Of a stretch of DNA of 64,000 bases, positions 51,094 to 61,840 are shown in pieces (position 1 is the first letter of the stretch; every line of letters begins with the position of its first letter). The stretch is from Nitrospirales bacterium (lineage in GTDB: Bacteria; Nitrospirota; Nitrospiria; Nitrospirales; UBA8639). Below the pieces are notes generated by a model that saw only the letters and a list, made by a program, of their open reading frames with translations, ran no database searches and was not told where the DNA came from. A program made the position numbers and the translations under genes. Location of the stretch: NCBI GenBank assembly GCA_965223295.1, contig CBDCWC010000003.1, forward strand, positions 960,001 through 1,024,000, given 5' to 3'.

Positions 51094-51723
51094 CTATGTT
51101 AGAGCTTCAAGCACTTCAGAATAATGCCCTTCCACTTTCACCTTGGGGAAGACATGACTAATCGTCCCATCTTTAGCAATTAATACCGTGGTGCGTTCAA
51201 TCCCCATATATTTACGGCCATACATAGATTTTTCCTTCCAAACTCCATAAGCCTGAATCGTCGCCTTCGATTCATCGCTCAATAAAGGAAAATTCAACGA
51301 AAATTTTTTGGAAAACTTTTGGTGAGAATCAACTGAATCTGCACTCACCCCGAATACCACAGCGCCTTTTTTTCGAATGGCCTGTAGACCATCCCTAAAC
51401 GAACAAGCTTCCTTCGTACAACCCGGAGTATCATCTTTGGGATAAAAGAACAGCACGACTTTCTTCCCCTTCAGATCAGACAGCTTCACAATTTGCCCCT
51501 TATCATTAGGCAAAGAAAATGCCGGAGCACGACTTCCCACCTTTAATCCTCCAGTCGAAACGATAGCCTTTCCTTTTGCCGTGGAAGCACGAGGTTTTTT
51601 GGTCGCAGAAGTTGCTGATTTCTTTGCTGTGGTCTTCTTCGTCGGACCCTTTGTCTTTGTCCCTGTCTTTGAGACACCAGAGCTTGGCTTCTTTCCTTTA
51701 CCTGATGATGTACCTGACGGCAT
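51094..51723 (-). CDS. bcp: Thioredoxin-dependent peroxiredoxin BCP with Lys-rich N-terminal extension
   Basis: FYPKDDTPGCTKEAC; SD AGGAGG at the long start. Confidence 0.93.
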   Translation of the reverse strand: MPSGTSSGKGKKPSSGVSKTGTKTKGPTKKTTAKKSATSATKKPRASTAKGKAIVSTGGLKVGSRAPAFSLPNDKGQIVKLSDLKGKKVVLFFYPKDDTPGCTKEACSFRDGLQAIRKKGAVVFGVSADSVDSHQKFSKKFSLNFPLLSDESKATIQAYGVWKEKSMYGRKYMGIERTTVLIAKDGTISHVFPKVKVEGHYSEVLEALT

Positions 51724-51985
51724 GAATTCCTCCTGAAGATTGAATTTTAGGTAATAGAATCGGTTTAGGGCATAGAAAATGTCTGCTACGCTTATCTATT
51801 TTTACGCGTGATAGGCGTCTTCTCTGAAACAGGACAGGTGAATTGAACATTTTTGAACCCTATCTTATACCTTATGAATGGCACAACAGGCCGAAATGTT
51901 TATTTGCTGACATCAGGAGAAGGAGACTCGTGCAGATGGGAAGAGGTTCAAAAACAACCACAAGAATTTGGGAGACTTCGTTTAA

Positions 51986-52183
51986 GGATCTATTCAAAAA
52001 AACCGCCACCTACCCCGCTGGAGTAACTCAATGGGCTACGAAGGCCGAGAGCGGCGTTCCCTGCCTTCGCCGAAGCGGCTTCGCACAGGTGAGCGGACTT
52101 TTTTGAACCGACCCAACGCTGTTGATCGCCAAGGACTTCCTAACGAAATATGGCCGTTGATATCTTCATGATTCAACACTCCC
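51986..52183 (-). mobile_element. MITE family copy carrying two nested palindromic units
   Basis: Outer end TTCAACACTCCC; internal TTTTTTGAACCGACCC; units CCTACCCCGCTGGAG...GCTACGAAGGCC and CCTGCCTTCGCCGAAGCGGCTTCGCACAGG. Confidence 0.8.
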
Positions 52184-52231
52184 AATAGACAAATCCGAGG
52201 AATGGCTTATTCAAGATCATTTTGAATCTTC

Positions 52232-52289
52232 TTGACAATTTGCGACAATATTGTTTAAATATATTATTCCTATCGATTTAGTATGATTT
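52232..52289 (+). promoter_or_regulatory. Sigma70-like promoter and candidate Rrf2 operator
   Basis: TTGACA-17-TTAAAT; then ATTCCTATCGATTTAGTATGAT, an imperfect AT-rich dyad. Confidence 0.5.
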
Positions 52290-52293
52290 AAAA

Positions 52294-52749
52294 ATGAACC
52301 GATTTCCTGCCAAAGTGACGTACGGCATTATGGCCACTATTGAATTGGCCTGCCACGACCGGACAATCCCCCTCCAAGCCAAAACCATTGCCAAGCGACA
52401 AGGGATTCCTTCCAGATTTATTGAACAAATCCTTCAGCAGCTGAAACAGGCAGGGATTATTCGAAGCTTGAGAGGTGCCCAAGGCGGGTATACCCTCGTT
52501 CAGGACCCTCAGGACATTTCATTGGCTGAATTAGTCAATTCAATACAAGGCATTGATCCTACTTCCGCCAATGGCAATGGATCAGCGGTGCACTCTGACA
52601 ATCCACAGGTCTCCACTGCCCTCCTGTCACAGATTTGGAAGCAAGTTCAGGAAGCCGAACAGACCGTTCTCCGAATGATTTCCCTGCAAACCCTGGTCGA
52701 GCAATATCAAACGCTCGAATCCCGGCGCAGCTTGATGTATCATATTTAG
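52294..52749 (+). CDS. Rrf2 family regulator (CymR-like, no IscR Cys triad)
   Basis: IAKRQGIP..FIEQIL..LK.AG...S.RGAQGGY.L; MYHI terminus. Confidence 0.9.
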   Translation: MNRFPAKVTYGIMATIELACHDRTIPLQAKTIAKRQGIPSRFIEQILQQLKQAGIIRSLRGAQGGYTLVQDPQDISLAELVNSIQGIDPTSANGNGSAVHSDNPQVSTALLSQIWKQVQEAEQTVLRMISLQTLVEQYQTLESRRSLMYHI

Positions 52750-52852
52750 TTCCGCTATTAATGAGAGGTTTCACAATGTCCCGGAAATTAATAAATACGA
52801 TACAGACCATCAGCAAGACGCCTGACTCTTATCTGCCAATTGGAGAACAACC

Positions 52853-55351
52853 ATGAGCACCTCACCAACTGAAACCCGCCCCCCCATACAGACCATTCCG
52901 ATTCCTCAAGAAATTATTGAGGAAATCGAAACATTCGAAGATGAGGTTGCAAGGCTTCAATCCGGCGATACGCCAATAGACGTGTTTAAGCCCTTCCGGT
53001 TGCAATATGGGATCTATGGACAACGGCAACCCGATGTCCAAATGGTGCGCATCAAAATTCCATTTGGGGGAATCACTGCCAATCAATTACGGCAAGTTGC
53101 TGAACTCACTGACACCTACGCTACCGGCGTCGGGCATGTCACCACACGGCAAGATATACAATTGCATTTCGTCCCGCTCTCGCATGTGGGCACCGTCATG
53201 CGGAAACTAGCCGAGGTGGATTTAACCACCCGGGAAGCCTGTGCCAATACCGTCAGAAATGTTACGGCCTGTGCACTGGCTGGCGTCTGCCCAGGAGAAG
53301 TCTTTGATGTCACCCCGTATGCGAAAACGGTGGCCTATCATTTGTTACGGAATCCATTGAACCAAAGTCTGCCACGAAAATTTAAAATTGCTTTTTCCGG
53401 GTGTAAACAGGACTGCGCCCTTACACCCATCCACGATGTTGGACTCTTAGCCACCCGTAACGCAGAAGGCACGGTCGGGTTTAACATGGTCGTCGGCGGT
53501 GGATTAGGATCCACTCCGCGTTTGGCGAAAACACTGAGAGAGTTTGTCCCAATGGAAGAACTGATTCCATCCATTGAGGCTATACTGAAAGTCTTTGACA
53601 ATTTGGGCAATCGTAAAAACCGTAGTAAGGCCCGCATGAAGTTTGTTCTCGACAAATTAGGTTTTGAGGAATTTTCTAAACGGTGGAAAGAAACCTACGA
53701 CACCATGATCCAATCAGGCGCAACCAAACTGGGCTTCATCCCTGGTGTGTATCCTGATGATCCTCCACTGATTATGCCTACTAAAAACGGCAATGGCGCA
53801 TCAGTACATGGGAATGGCTCAACACAGAACGGGAATGTATCTTCCTCCCCTGATGCGTTTGATGCTTGGCGCGCGAGCAACGTCATCGCCCAGCAGCAGC
53901 CAGGATTCAACGCCGCGGCCATACGGCTCCGCTCCGGTGACCTGACCACCGAACAAATGTTTGTCCTGGCTGATCTGGCCGAACGTTATGCCAACGGAAA
54001 TCTTCGAACCACCATTAACCAAAATATGATGGTTCGGTGGATTCCAGATAGTCAGCTACCTCTGTTTTATGACGAGCTCGTCACACACGGGTTAGGCGAT
54101 CCAGGTGCCGAAGGGGTAGAAGACATTGTGGCCTGTCCCGGAACCGACACCTGTGGACTCGGCATCACCTCATCAAAAGGTTTGGCCCGGGCGCTAGCCG
54201 AAGTGTTTCCCGCTGGCAAAACACCTGATGACCTGAAAGGCGTCGACGTTAAAATTAGTGGGTGCCACAATTCTTGCGCGCAGCATCATATTGCCACCAT
54301 TGGGCTCCATGGAGTCGGCAAACGTGTTGGTGACCACGTCGCCCCAGTGTATGAGCTACACCTAGGAGGGCAGGTGAATGGCACCGCAAAGATTGCTCAA
54401 TTGATCGTCAAAGTGCCAGCGAAAAATGTGCCCGCTGCGGTCCAGCATTTATTGGATCTGTATCGCCGGTCACGAAACGAGGGAGAGTCGCTTCCGGCTT
54501 TTATTGCCCGTACAGGCAAAGCCGCGCTCAAAGATGAACTCATCCCGTATACGATTCTTCCTTCGTATCAAGATGATCAGAAGTTTTATTTTGATTGGGA
54601 GGGCGACGAAGAATTCTCTGTCGAGGACCTAGGGCCTGGTGAATGTGCCGGTGGCGCATTAGAGATGATCGACAACCGAATTCTTGAAGCCGAACAGGAG
54701 CTCTATCAGACTCGCATTCTGGTGGAAAAGCACCAATATGCCATGGCGATCAATAAAGCGTATCGAGCCGTGGTCGCGGGCGCCAAAGCTATTCTGGTAA
54801 CTGAAGGAATTGACCCCAACACCGATGCTGATACCTTATTGGAATTTGACACAATGATTCAGGACAAAGGGTTGTTGCCTGTTGAATATCACCACGTAGC
54901 TGAAAAATTTGGTGAGATGGGGACAAAAGACGCGTCTGCAGACTTCACTCAAGGCAAAATCGCCTTTGCCAAAGGATTTGTGGATGCCTGCCGGACCGTC
55001 ACAGAGCAAATCGGGCAAGATCTCAAGCTCACACCCACTGAAGTGGGAAGTGATGACACTGCGCCAACACCCAGTACTCCGCCTCAAGTAGAGGCACCAT
55101 CCTCCTCAGCTGGAGAAGCGGAAGTTTATGACTTACGCGGTGTGGCCTGTCCTATGAACTATGTCAAGACAAAGTTAAAGCTCGAAATGATGGACGAAGG
55201 GGAACAATTGGAAGTCTGGCTTGATGCTGGCGACCCTATTCGCAACGTTCCAGTTAGTCTGAAAAATGATGGGCATAAAGTGCTCCAGCAAATCCCGATG
55301 GATGCGGACGAGCAACATTTTAAAGTCCTTGTCGAGAAAGTCGAAGACTAA
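52853..55351 (+). CDS. Ferredoxin-type sulfite reductase fused to HEPN-like and TusA/SirA domains
   Basis: HVTTRQD, LPRKFK, CPGTDTC..G, SGCHNSC; C-terminal DLRGVACPMN. Confidence 0.9.
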   Translation: MSTSPTETRPPIQTIPIPQEIIEEIETFEDEVARLQSGDTPIDVFKPFRLQYGIYGQRQPDVQMVRIKIPFGGITANQLRQVAELTDTYATGVGHVTTRQDIQLHFVPLSHVGTVMRKLAEVDLTTREACANTVRNVTACALAGVCPGEVFDVTPYAKTVAYHLLRNPLNQSLPRKFKIAFSGCKQDCALTPIHDVGLLATRNAEGTVGFNMVVGGGLGSTPRLAKTLREFVPMEELIPSIEAILKVFDNLGNRKNRSKARMKFVLDKLGFEEFSKRWKETYDTMIQSGATKLGFIPGVYPDDPPLIMPTKNGNGASVHGNGSTQNGNVSSSPDAFDAWRASNVIAQQQPGFNAAAIRLRSGDLTTEQMFVLADLAERYANGNLRTTINQNMMVRWIPDSQLPLFYDELVTHGLGDPGAEGVEDIVACPGTDTCGLGITSSKGLARALAEVFPAGKTPDDLKGVDVKISGCHNSCAQHHIATIGLHGVGKRVGDHVAPVYELHLGGQVNGTAKIAQLIVKVPAKNVPAAVQHLLDLYRRSRNEGESLPAFIARTGKAALKDELIPYTILPSYQDDQKFYFDWEGDEEFSVEDLGPGECAGGALEMIDNRILEAEQELYQTRILVEKHQYAMAINKAYRAVVAGAKAILVTEGIDPNTDADTLLEFDTMIQDKGLLPVEYHHVAEKFGEMGTKDASADFTQGKIAFAKGFVDACRTVTEQIGQDLKLTPTEVGSDDTAPTPSTPPQVEAPSSSAGEAEVYDLRGVACPMNYVKTKLKLEMMDEGEQLEVWLDAGDPIRNVPVSLKNDGHKVLQQIPMDADEQHFKVLVEKVED

Positions 55352-55360
55352 AAAGGATTC

Positions 55361-56080
55361 ATGATGTCGACCTCGCTCAATACTCCACCCTCCTCGGATG
55401 AACTGGCAAAGCTCAATGAATCCTTTGATGGACAGACTCCGCAGAACATCCTAAGAACAGCCCTAAAACAATATGGGTCAAGCATTATTTTGGCTTGTAG
55501 TTTCGGAGCCGAAGATGTCGCACTGGCAGATATGATGTTTCGGATCAATCCTCACAGTGTGCTCTTTTACCTGGATACCGACTTTTTATTTCCAGAAACA
55601 CTGGCCGTGCGTGACAACATCATCAAGCAGTATCAGTTACATGATGAACAAATCATCCACATGAAATCGTCGCTCACTCCGGCGGAACAAGCTGCACAGC
55701 ATGGCGAAGGTCTGTGGTTGAGAGACCCTGACCGATGCTGCCAACTCCGCAAGATCGATCCGTTAACCCAAGTCCTACGGCAATATGATGCTTGGATCAC
55801 AGGAATTCGGCGAGATCAATCACCCACTCGCGCTAACACGGCTTTTGTCGAGTGGGACGCCAAATTTAGTTTGGTGAAATTCAATCCGCTTGCTGCCTGG
55901 TCATGGGACCAAGTGTGGGAGTACATTCATTCCAAAAATGTGCCCTACAACGAACTCCACGATCAGCACTTTCCCAGCATTGGCTGTACGCACTGTACAG
56001 CTCCTGTCGTGCCCGGCGACGATCCCCGATCTGGCCGATGGAAAAGTTCGGCAAAGACGGAATGCGGGCTCCATCGTTAA
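55361..56080 (+). CDS. cysH: APS/PAPS reductase ([4Fe-4S] APS-type)
   Basis: SFGAED, CCQLRK, SIGCTHC, RSGRW, ECGLH. Confidence 0.95.
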   Translation: MMSTSLNTPPSSDELAKLNESFDGQTPQNILRTALKQYGSSIILACSFGAEDVALADMMFRINPHSVLFYLDTDFLFPETLAVRDNIIKQYQLHDEQIIHMKSSLTPAEQAAQHGEGLWLRDPDRCCQLRKIDPLTQVLRQYDAWITGIRRDQSPTRANTAFVEWDAKFSLVKFNPLAAWSWDQVWEYIHSKNVPYNELHDQHFPSIGCTHCTAPVVPGDDPRSGRWKSSAKTECGLHR

Positions 56081-56141
56081 GAAAGTTGGGCACCTATTAC
56101 CATGCTGATTGCAGAGGTGGGAGAGAAATAAGAGGAACATT

Positions 56142-56555
56142 GTGAAAAAAATAGCGGTGATTGTGACTCGAGGAGGATTCAACAACATTTTGCAAGCCTG
56201 TGAATGGATGGTCCTGGCAGCCTCCGAGGGCATGGAGGTCAGTGGATATTTCCGGGATGAAGCAGCAAGCCGTATGACCAATGGGAAAATTAGAGAACTG
56301 ACAATGTCTCAAGAATATAAAGGACGCGAGGCTGCTCTTCGAGATCTCCTGCGAAAAGAAGGAAAAGCTGATTTGGCAGCATTACTCCAAAAGGCCAAAG
56401 AAGATGGAAATCTCAAGCTCTCAATCTGTAAAGATTCGTTGCGCTATTTTGCCCTTAGGCCTGAAGAGCTCATTGCAGAACTAGACGAGGTCCAAACAGC
56501 CGAAGCCTTTTGGAAAGAAGCTGTCGTTCCCGCAGACCAGGTGTTGACATTTTGA
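56142..56555 (+). CDS. DsrE/DsrF-like protein
   Basis: KKIAVIV..G, ICKDS, ADQVLTF terminus; SD GAGGA before GTG. Confidence 0.75.
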   Translation: MKKIAVIVTRGGFNNILQACEWMVLAASEGMEVSGYFRDEAASRMTNGKIRELTMSQEYKGREAALRDLLRKEGKADLAALLQKAKEDGNLKLSICKDSLRYFALRPEELIAELDEVQTAEAFWKEAVVPADQVLTF

Positions 56556-56569
56556 CACCAAGCCACTCC

Positions 56570-57664
56570 ATGAACCATGTGATTGCCAAAATTGGCAAGG
56601 GGCTGAAAGGCGCCAAGGACCTCTCATGGGAAGAAGCCAAATTTGCCCTGAATGCGATCATTGATGGGGAAACAACCCCAGGCCAAATTGGGGCTTTTTT
56701 GATGGCCATGCGGATAAAAACTGAATCTATCGGGGAATTGGCCGCGTTTACTGCAACGGCCAGGCAGTATGTTTCACCCATTCACATTCCTAATTCTACT
56801 CATATAGTTGATCTCCCGCTTTATGGAGAAAAACATCATACGATTCATATCGTAATTGCGGCTTCTCTTGTCGCCGGTGCTGCTGGCGCCGGAATATTTA
56901 TGCATGGGATTGAAAATCCGAGTTTGGGCTATCACCTTCAACACGTTCTTCAAGAGCTGAGGCTCCCCATTGCCCTGTCCGCAGATGAAGCGACGCGCCA
57001 AGCAGCTCAACATGCTTGGGTGTATATGGATCTAGCAGGATACCACTCCCCACTAACGAAACTCTTAGATCTACGCCGGGAGTTTGGCTTACAAAATCTC
57101 TCGCATCAAATTGCCAGACTGCTCAACCCTGCCCAATTGCCTTCGCAGGTCATTGGCATTGCGCATCCACCCTATCTCAATAAAATGGCCGAAGCGCTGG
57201 ACATGCTGCGAACATCACGGGCGCTCATCATTCAAGGCGTTGAAGGTTTTCCTGAGCTTTCAATATCTGCACCATCATCTGCCCGTGAACTACGCAATGG
57301 CCATATTTCGCCTTTGACATTCCGTCCTGAAGATGTGGGATTACGCCTTGGTCGTTTCCAAGCCATGAGCGCCAAAGTCAGCCAACAAGCCGAAATGACA
57401 GCGACAGCCACCCCACAGAATGAAGCTCAGGTGATTCTCCAATTGTTGGAAAATCGTCAACGGGGCGACCGACGAGCTTGGGTTATTTTTAATGCGGCTT
57501 TATATATCTACGCAGCCGGTCTGACGTCATCTGTAGCCCAAGCTACTCCTGTAGCCATTGAGGCACTAGACTCTGGCAAAGCCACAAACTTTTACCATAG
57601 TTTTGTCAACAACCAGACGCCAACGGCTCCTGGCTCTCTTACCTCTCCCTTGGTGAACGCATGA
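56570..57664 (+). CDS. Anthranilate phosphoribosyltransferase-like (YbiB/TrpD2) protein
   Basis: [29 protein letters not shown]; lacks the GTGGD PRPP motif. Confidence 0.8.
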   Translation: MNHVIAKIGKGLKGAKDLSWEEAKFALNAIIDGETTPGQIGAFLMAMRIKTESIGELAAFTATARQYVSPIHIPNSTHIVDLPLYGEKHHTIHIVIAASLVAGAAGAGIFMHGIENPSLGYHLQHVLQELRLPIALSADEATRQAAQHAWVYMDLAGYHSPLTKLLDLRREFGLQNLSHQIARLLNPAQLPSQVIGIAHPPYLNKMAEALDMLRTSRALIIQGVEGFPELSISAPSSARELRNGHISPLTFRPEDVGLRLGRFQAMSAKVSQQAEMTATATPQNEAQVILQLLENRQRGDRRAWVIFNAALYIYAAGLTSSVAQATPVAIEALDSGKATNFYHSFVNNQTPTAPGSLTSPLVNA

Positions 57665-58461
57665 ACCATATTCGGCAACTAGAAGACCAAAGTATCTTTA
57701 TCCTCCGGGAAGCCTATAAAAACTTTGATAATCTCGGCATGCTCTGGTCCATGGGGAAAGATTCTACAGTCTTGTTGTGGCTAGCACGCAAAGCGTTTTT
57801 TGGTCATGTTCCATTTCCTCTATTGCATGTGGATACCAGTTACAAAATTCCCGAGATGATCGAATACCGTGATCGTCTCGCTCGGGAATGGCGCCTCAAT
57901 CTGGTCGTTGGGCAAAACAAGAAAGCGTTGGCTGAAGGCATGAACCATGAAAAGGGCCGCATTACCTGCTGCACGGCCTTAAAAACCGAAGGGCTGAAGC
58001 TCTTGCTTGAAGAAAAAGGCTACACCGGCATTATTTTGGGTGTGCGATCTGATGAAGACGCGACTCGTGCTAAAGAACGCTACTTTTCTCCTCGTGACAA
58101 GAACAACGATTGGGATTTCCGTGACCAGCCGCCTGAATTGTGGGACCAATACAAGATCTCTTTTCCGCCAGGCACCCATATTCGCATTCATCCATTGCTA
58201 GATTGGACAGAAATTAATATTTGGGAATACATCCAACTGGAAAATATTCCATTTTTAGATAACTTATATTTGGATCAGGGGACCGGCACCCGGTACCGCA
58301 GTCTCGGTTGTGCTCCCTGCACAACGCCCATTCAATCCACTGCCAAAACTGTGGGCGATGTCATCATTGAACTGCGAAACAGTAAAGTGGCTGAACGAGC
58401 CGGTAGGGCACAGGATGAAGGACGGGGGATGGAACAGCTACGAAAAGACGGATACATGTAG
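57661..58461 (+). CDS. cysD: Sulfate adenylyltransferase subunit 2
   Basis: SMGKDS, RAKER.FS, RIHPL.DWTE, RSLGC.PC. Confidence 0.96.
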   Translation: MNHIRQLEDQSIFILREAYKNFDNLGMLWSMGKDSTVLLWLARKAFFGHVPFPLLHVDTSYKIPEMIEYRDRLAREWRLNLVVGQNKKALAEGMNHEKGRITCCTALKTEGLKLLLEEKGYTGIILGVRSDEDATRAKERYFSPRDKNNDWDFRDQPPELWDQYKISFPPGTHIRIHPLLDWTEINIWEYIQLENIPFLDNLYLDQGTGTRYRSLGCAPCTTPIQSTAKTVGDVIIELRNSKVAERAGRAQDEGRGMEQLRKDGYM

Positions 58462-58463
58462 CC

Positions 58464-60296
58464 ATGACAAACAACGATACCATTCAAGAACGTATGAATA
58501 TTGTGATTGTCGGGCATGTGGATCATGGCAAATCCACGTTGCTAGGCCGTCTGTATGCCGACACCGGAACCCTTCCCGAAGGCAAGATTGAAAAGATTCA
58601 AGCTATTTGCCGGCAGCAGGGCAAGGAGTTTGAATATGCATTCCTATTCGATGCTTTTTTAGAAGAACAACAACAGGGCATCACCATTGATACCGCACGA
58701 ACATTTTTTACCTGGGGCGGCCGCCAATACATCATCATCGACGCGCCAGGGCATAAAGAATTCTTAAAAAATATGGTGTCAGGTGCGGCGCGTGCCGAGG
58801 CGGCACTGCTCATCATTGATGCACTGGAAGGGGTGCGCGATCAATCCAAGCGCCATGGCTTATTACTCTCTATGTTAGGAGTAAAACAAGTGACCGTGGT
58901 AGTAAACAAAATGGACCTCGTGAAGTATCGAGAAGATACCTTTCAAGCCATTGAGAAAGAGTATCGTGAATTTCTGACCCAATTGAATGTGGTTCCTCAA
59001 TACATCATCCCAGCCAGCGCCAAACAAGGCATCAATATTACTGAGGTCAGTCCCGAAACACCCTGGTACACCGGCCCTTCGGTTTTGGATTCGTTGTCCC
59101 ATTTTCACCTGGAAACCGCCCAGAGCGAACAAGCCCTTCGGCTTCCCCTGCAAGACGTGTATAAGTTTGATGCCCGCCGCATTTTAGTTGGGCGTATTAC
59201 AGCTGGAAAACTGAAAATCGGCGACCGATTAGTCTTTTCACCCACGAATAAGACCGCAACCGTCCAAACCATTGAAGCCTTTAATGTTGACCCTCCGCCA
59301 ACTCATGCCGTGGCCGGGCAATCAGTTGGCATGACCTTAGATGAGCAAATCTTTGTCGAGCGAGGCCATGTCGCCACGCATGAGGAAAACCGTCCTTTAG
59401 TCTCAACGCAAATTCGCGCAAATCTATTTTGGCTTGGCAATCGTCCACTAGAAACAAAGCGAACCTATACATTACGGCTCGCCACCCGTGAAGTACCCTG
59501 TGAAATTGTGGAGATCCATCGCATTGTCGATGCCAATAACCTAGACGACCGCCACACACAGGCGACCGTACAACGAAATGAAGTCGCAGATATCACCCTG
59601 CGGGCAAAATCGCCTTTGGCGTTTGATCTCTATGCCAACTTTGAAACGACCGGACGCTTTGTGTTGGTAGATAACTATGACGTGGCTGGCGGCGGGATCA
59701 TCACAGAATTGGTCAAGGACCAGCAAGAAGGTTTTCGAACGGAAGCCCGTGAACGCGATTCGGCCTGGGTGAAAGGCGACGTGAACGCCGAAAATCGAAG
59801 CCAACGCTATGGGCACCGTGCAGCAGTGGTACTCCTGACAGGCCCAGATACCACTGCCAAAAGTTTCTTAGCTCGAAAATTAGAGTCCGTGCTGGTCGCC
59901 GAAGGGCATCACGCCTATCTGCTGGCTGCGGAAAACTTGCAACGTGGATTGGATGCTGACCTTCATGATATCAAACCCGACGAAGTGGTCCGTCGCTTTG
60001 GGGAGGTTGTCCGGTTATTGACAGACACTGGCTCTCTTGTGATCACCACGACAAACGCTTTTCCACCGACAGCCAAAGGCATTGTCCAAACCGTCCAAAC
60101 CTTGACAAACCCAATTCCTGTCCTCACCGTACATATGGCGAAAGACCAGACCGGACCTCAACCAGATAGAGATCTGATCTTCGCTGGCCCTGAAGATTTC
60201 GATGCCTGCTCACAACAAATCCTCGAGACTTTAAGACTCAAAGGGATTCTTGGGGAACCCAAAGCATCTTCAACCGATTTCCAGTTTTCCATTTAA
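58464..60296 (+). CDS. cysN: Sulfate adenylyltransferase subunit 1 with degenerate APS-kinase domain
   Basis: [25 protein letters not shown]-terminal CysC-like domain with altered P-loop. Confidence 0.93.
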   Translation: MTNNDTIQERMNIVIVGHVDHGKSTLLGRLYADTGTLPEGKIEKIQAICRQQGKEFEYAFLFDAFLEEQQQGITIDTARTFFTWGGRQYIIIDAPGHKEFLKNMVSGAARAEAALLIIDALEGVRDQSKRHGLLLSMLGVKQVTVVVNKMDLVKYREDTFQAIEKEYREFLTQLNVVPQYIIPASAKQGINITEVSPETPWYTGPSVLDSLSHFHLETAQSEQALRLPLQDVYKFDARRILVGRITAGKLKIGDRLVFSPTNKTATVQTIEAFNVDPPPTHAVAGQSVGMTLDEQIFVERGHVATHEENRPLVSTQIRANLFWLGNRPLETKRTYTLRLATREVPCEIVEIHRIVDANNLDDRHTQATVQRNEVADITLRAKSPLAFDLYANFETTGRFVLVDNYDVAGGGIITELVKDQQEGFRTEARERDSAWVKGDVNAENRSQRYGHRAAVVLLTGPDTTAKSFLARKLESVLVAEGHHAYLLAAENLQRGLDADLHDIKPDEVVRRFGEVVRLLTDTGSLVITTTNAFPPTAKGIVQTVQTLTNPIPVLTVHMAKDQTGPQPDRDLIFAGPEDFDACSQQILETLRLKGILGEPKASSTDFQFSI

Positions 60297-60340
60297 CCTT
60301 GAGGTGGGTGGAATTTTCTCTTCGTAACAAGGGAAACTCA

Positions 60341-60910
60341 ATGGACAAAGTCACCGACTACATTTATATCACAAATGTCATTCCCCCACACGTCTGTGAA
60401 GCTGTACTGAGCGAAATTCGAGATAAAGAATGGACAAAACATTCCTGGTACAGCTATGGAGCCAATGATTATGAATCCAAGCCGGAGAAAGAACTCGACG
60501 TATTAAATACGACACAAGAGTTACAAGATGGGCTTGGCCAATTTGTTTTCCAGGCTCTCCAAGAATATATGATCAAGCATAATCCTCAAGAAGACGATCG
60601 AATTAAGAGTTTTGTTAAAACGTTTACCCCAATACGTTTTAACCGTTACAACACAGGGACTATGATGCGCGAGCACTATGATCATATCCACTCCCTTTTT
60701 GACGGCCAGCGAAAAGGTATTCCCATCCTCACTATCTTAGGAGTTTTAAATGAAGGCTACGAAGGTGGAGAATTTCTGTTCTTTGGTCATTATGAAGTGC
60801 CATTGAAAGCGGGGGACATCATGGTGTTTCCATCCAACTTCATGTATCCCCATGCCGTGAAAGAATTGACCAAAGGGGAGCGCTATACTTTTGTGGCATG
60901 GGCATTTTAA
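60341..60910 (+). CDS. 2OG-Fe(II) oxygenase (prolyl-hydroxylase-like)
   Basis: HYDH, YEGGEF, FPSNFMYPH.V, RYTFV.W. Confidence 0.9.
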   Translation: MDKVTDYIYITNVIPPHVCEAVLSEIRDKEWTKHSWYSYGANDYESKPEKELDVLNTTQELQDGLGQFVFQALQEYMIKHNPQEDDRIKSFVKTFTPIRFNRYNTGTMMREHYDHIHSLFDGQRKGIPILTILGVLNEGYEGGEFLFFGHYEVPLKAGDIMVFPSNFMYPHAVKELTKGERYTFVAWAF

Positions 60911-61199
60911 GTAAGACCGCCGTGGAGCGCATGCCTCCTTGTTAGAAAGGTGAGCCAGAAACCCAAAATCCATCCATCCACGATAAGTACTCTAAATTTT
61001 CCAAAGATCAGATACCCTCAGAGTCGCTCCCTTCTTGTCTTTTTCCATATAGCCCTAACACATTCCCCTTGAAATCACGTCAAGAGTGATTATCTCGTAA
61101 AGAAGATATCACTACCACACAGTGTGGCATTCAAAGACATCTCAGAGTAGAATAGAAGTAGCTCTTTGTAAAAATGGATTGTAAACACTTCAACAAAAT

Positions 61200-61550
61200 G
61201 GGGGTGACTGGCTTCGACGGGAAGCAGGAGGTCAACAGAGCGTGTCGAGCTCTCGGAGTCTCGTTAAACCTTCGGGAAACCATTAATTGCCAACGATAAT
61301 TTGGCTCTCGCAGCTTAATTGACTGCGACGTCTCTCTCTTCTTTGTCTGCGGGAGGGGAAGAGGCGACACTTTGCAGGCTGGTCCAAAACTGGTGCTCAG
61401 CGGCGGCGGACGAGAACGTTCTGGGCTAGTGGGCGCTCTAAGCCGGTCGGTGGGCGTGGGCAACCGCGAATTTTAAATCATCGGCTACACACGTAGGGCT
61501 GTTGCGCTGAATGTTCTCGGACAGGGGTTCGATTCCCCTCACCTCCACCA
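61200..61550 (+). ncRNA. ssrA: tmRNA, tag peptide (A)ANDNLALAA
   Basis: 5' GGGGGTG pairs with CACCTCC-ACCA (G3.U70); T-loop GGTTCGATTCC; tag ORF 61289-61318. Confidence 0.97.
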
Positions 61551-61571
61551 ATAAAAACATTCTAACAGCAT

Positions 61572-61600
61572 AAGAAAGCCGGCGTAACTGCCGGCTTTTT
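61572..61600 (+). terminator. Intrinsic terminator of ssrA
   Basis: AAAGCCGGC-GTAACT-GCCGGCTTTTT. Confidence 0.85.
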
Positions 61601-61840
61601 CGTTTGCTCTATGTCCAGCAAAGGGATTGGCAAATAGGAATGCTGGCCCAAAGGGCGAATTATTGGAGCGCGACCATAAGGAAAGGAATTGTTTTTTCCA
61701 GACGTGACCGCATTCCAGTCTTGCCAGGAAGACACCAAAAAAGCTTGAATTCAAGTAGTATTCAGGTTATGGGACTCGTTGACCCCCAAAGCAATATTGA
61801 GTAAGACTTAATAAAAACGTCTTCTTTTATGGTGAGGTAA

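Noticed and set aside
2620-52106. ORFs 2620-2913, 4493-5212, 33438-33641, 34052-34282, 34077-34274, 39859-40116 and 51843-52106 sharing peptide motifs
   Set aside because: The shared peptides are translations of the MITE, with no independent coding evidence.
61131-61463. 110-aa minus-strand ORF
   Set aside because: It is antisense to tmRNA.
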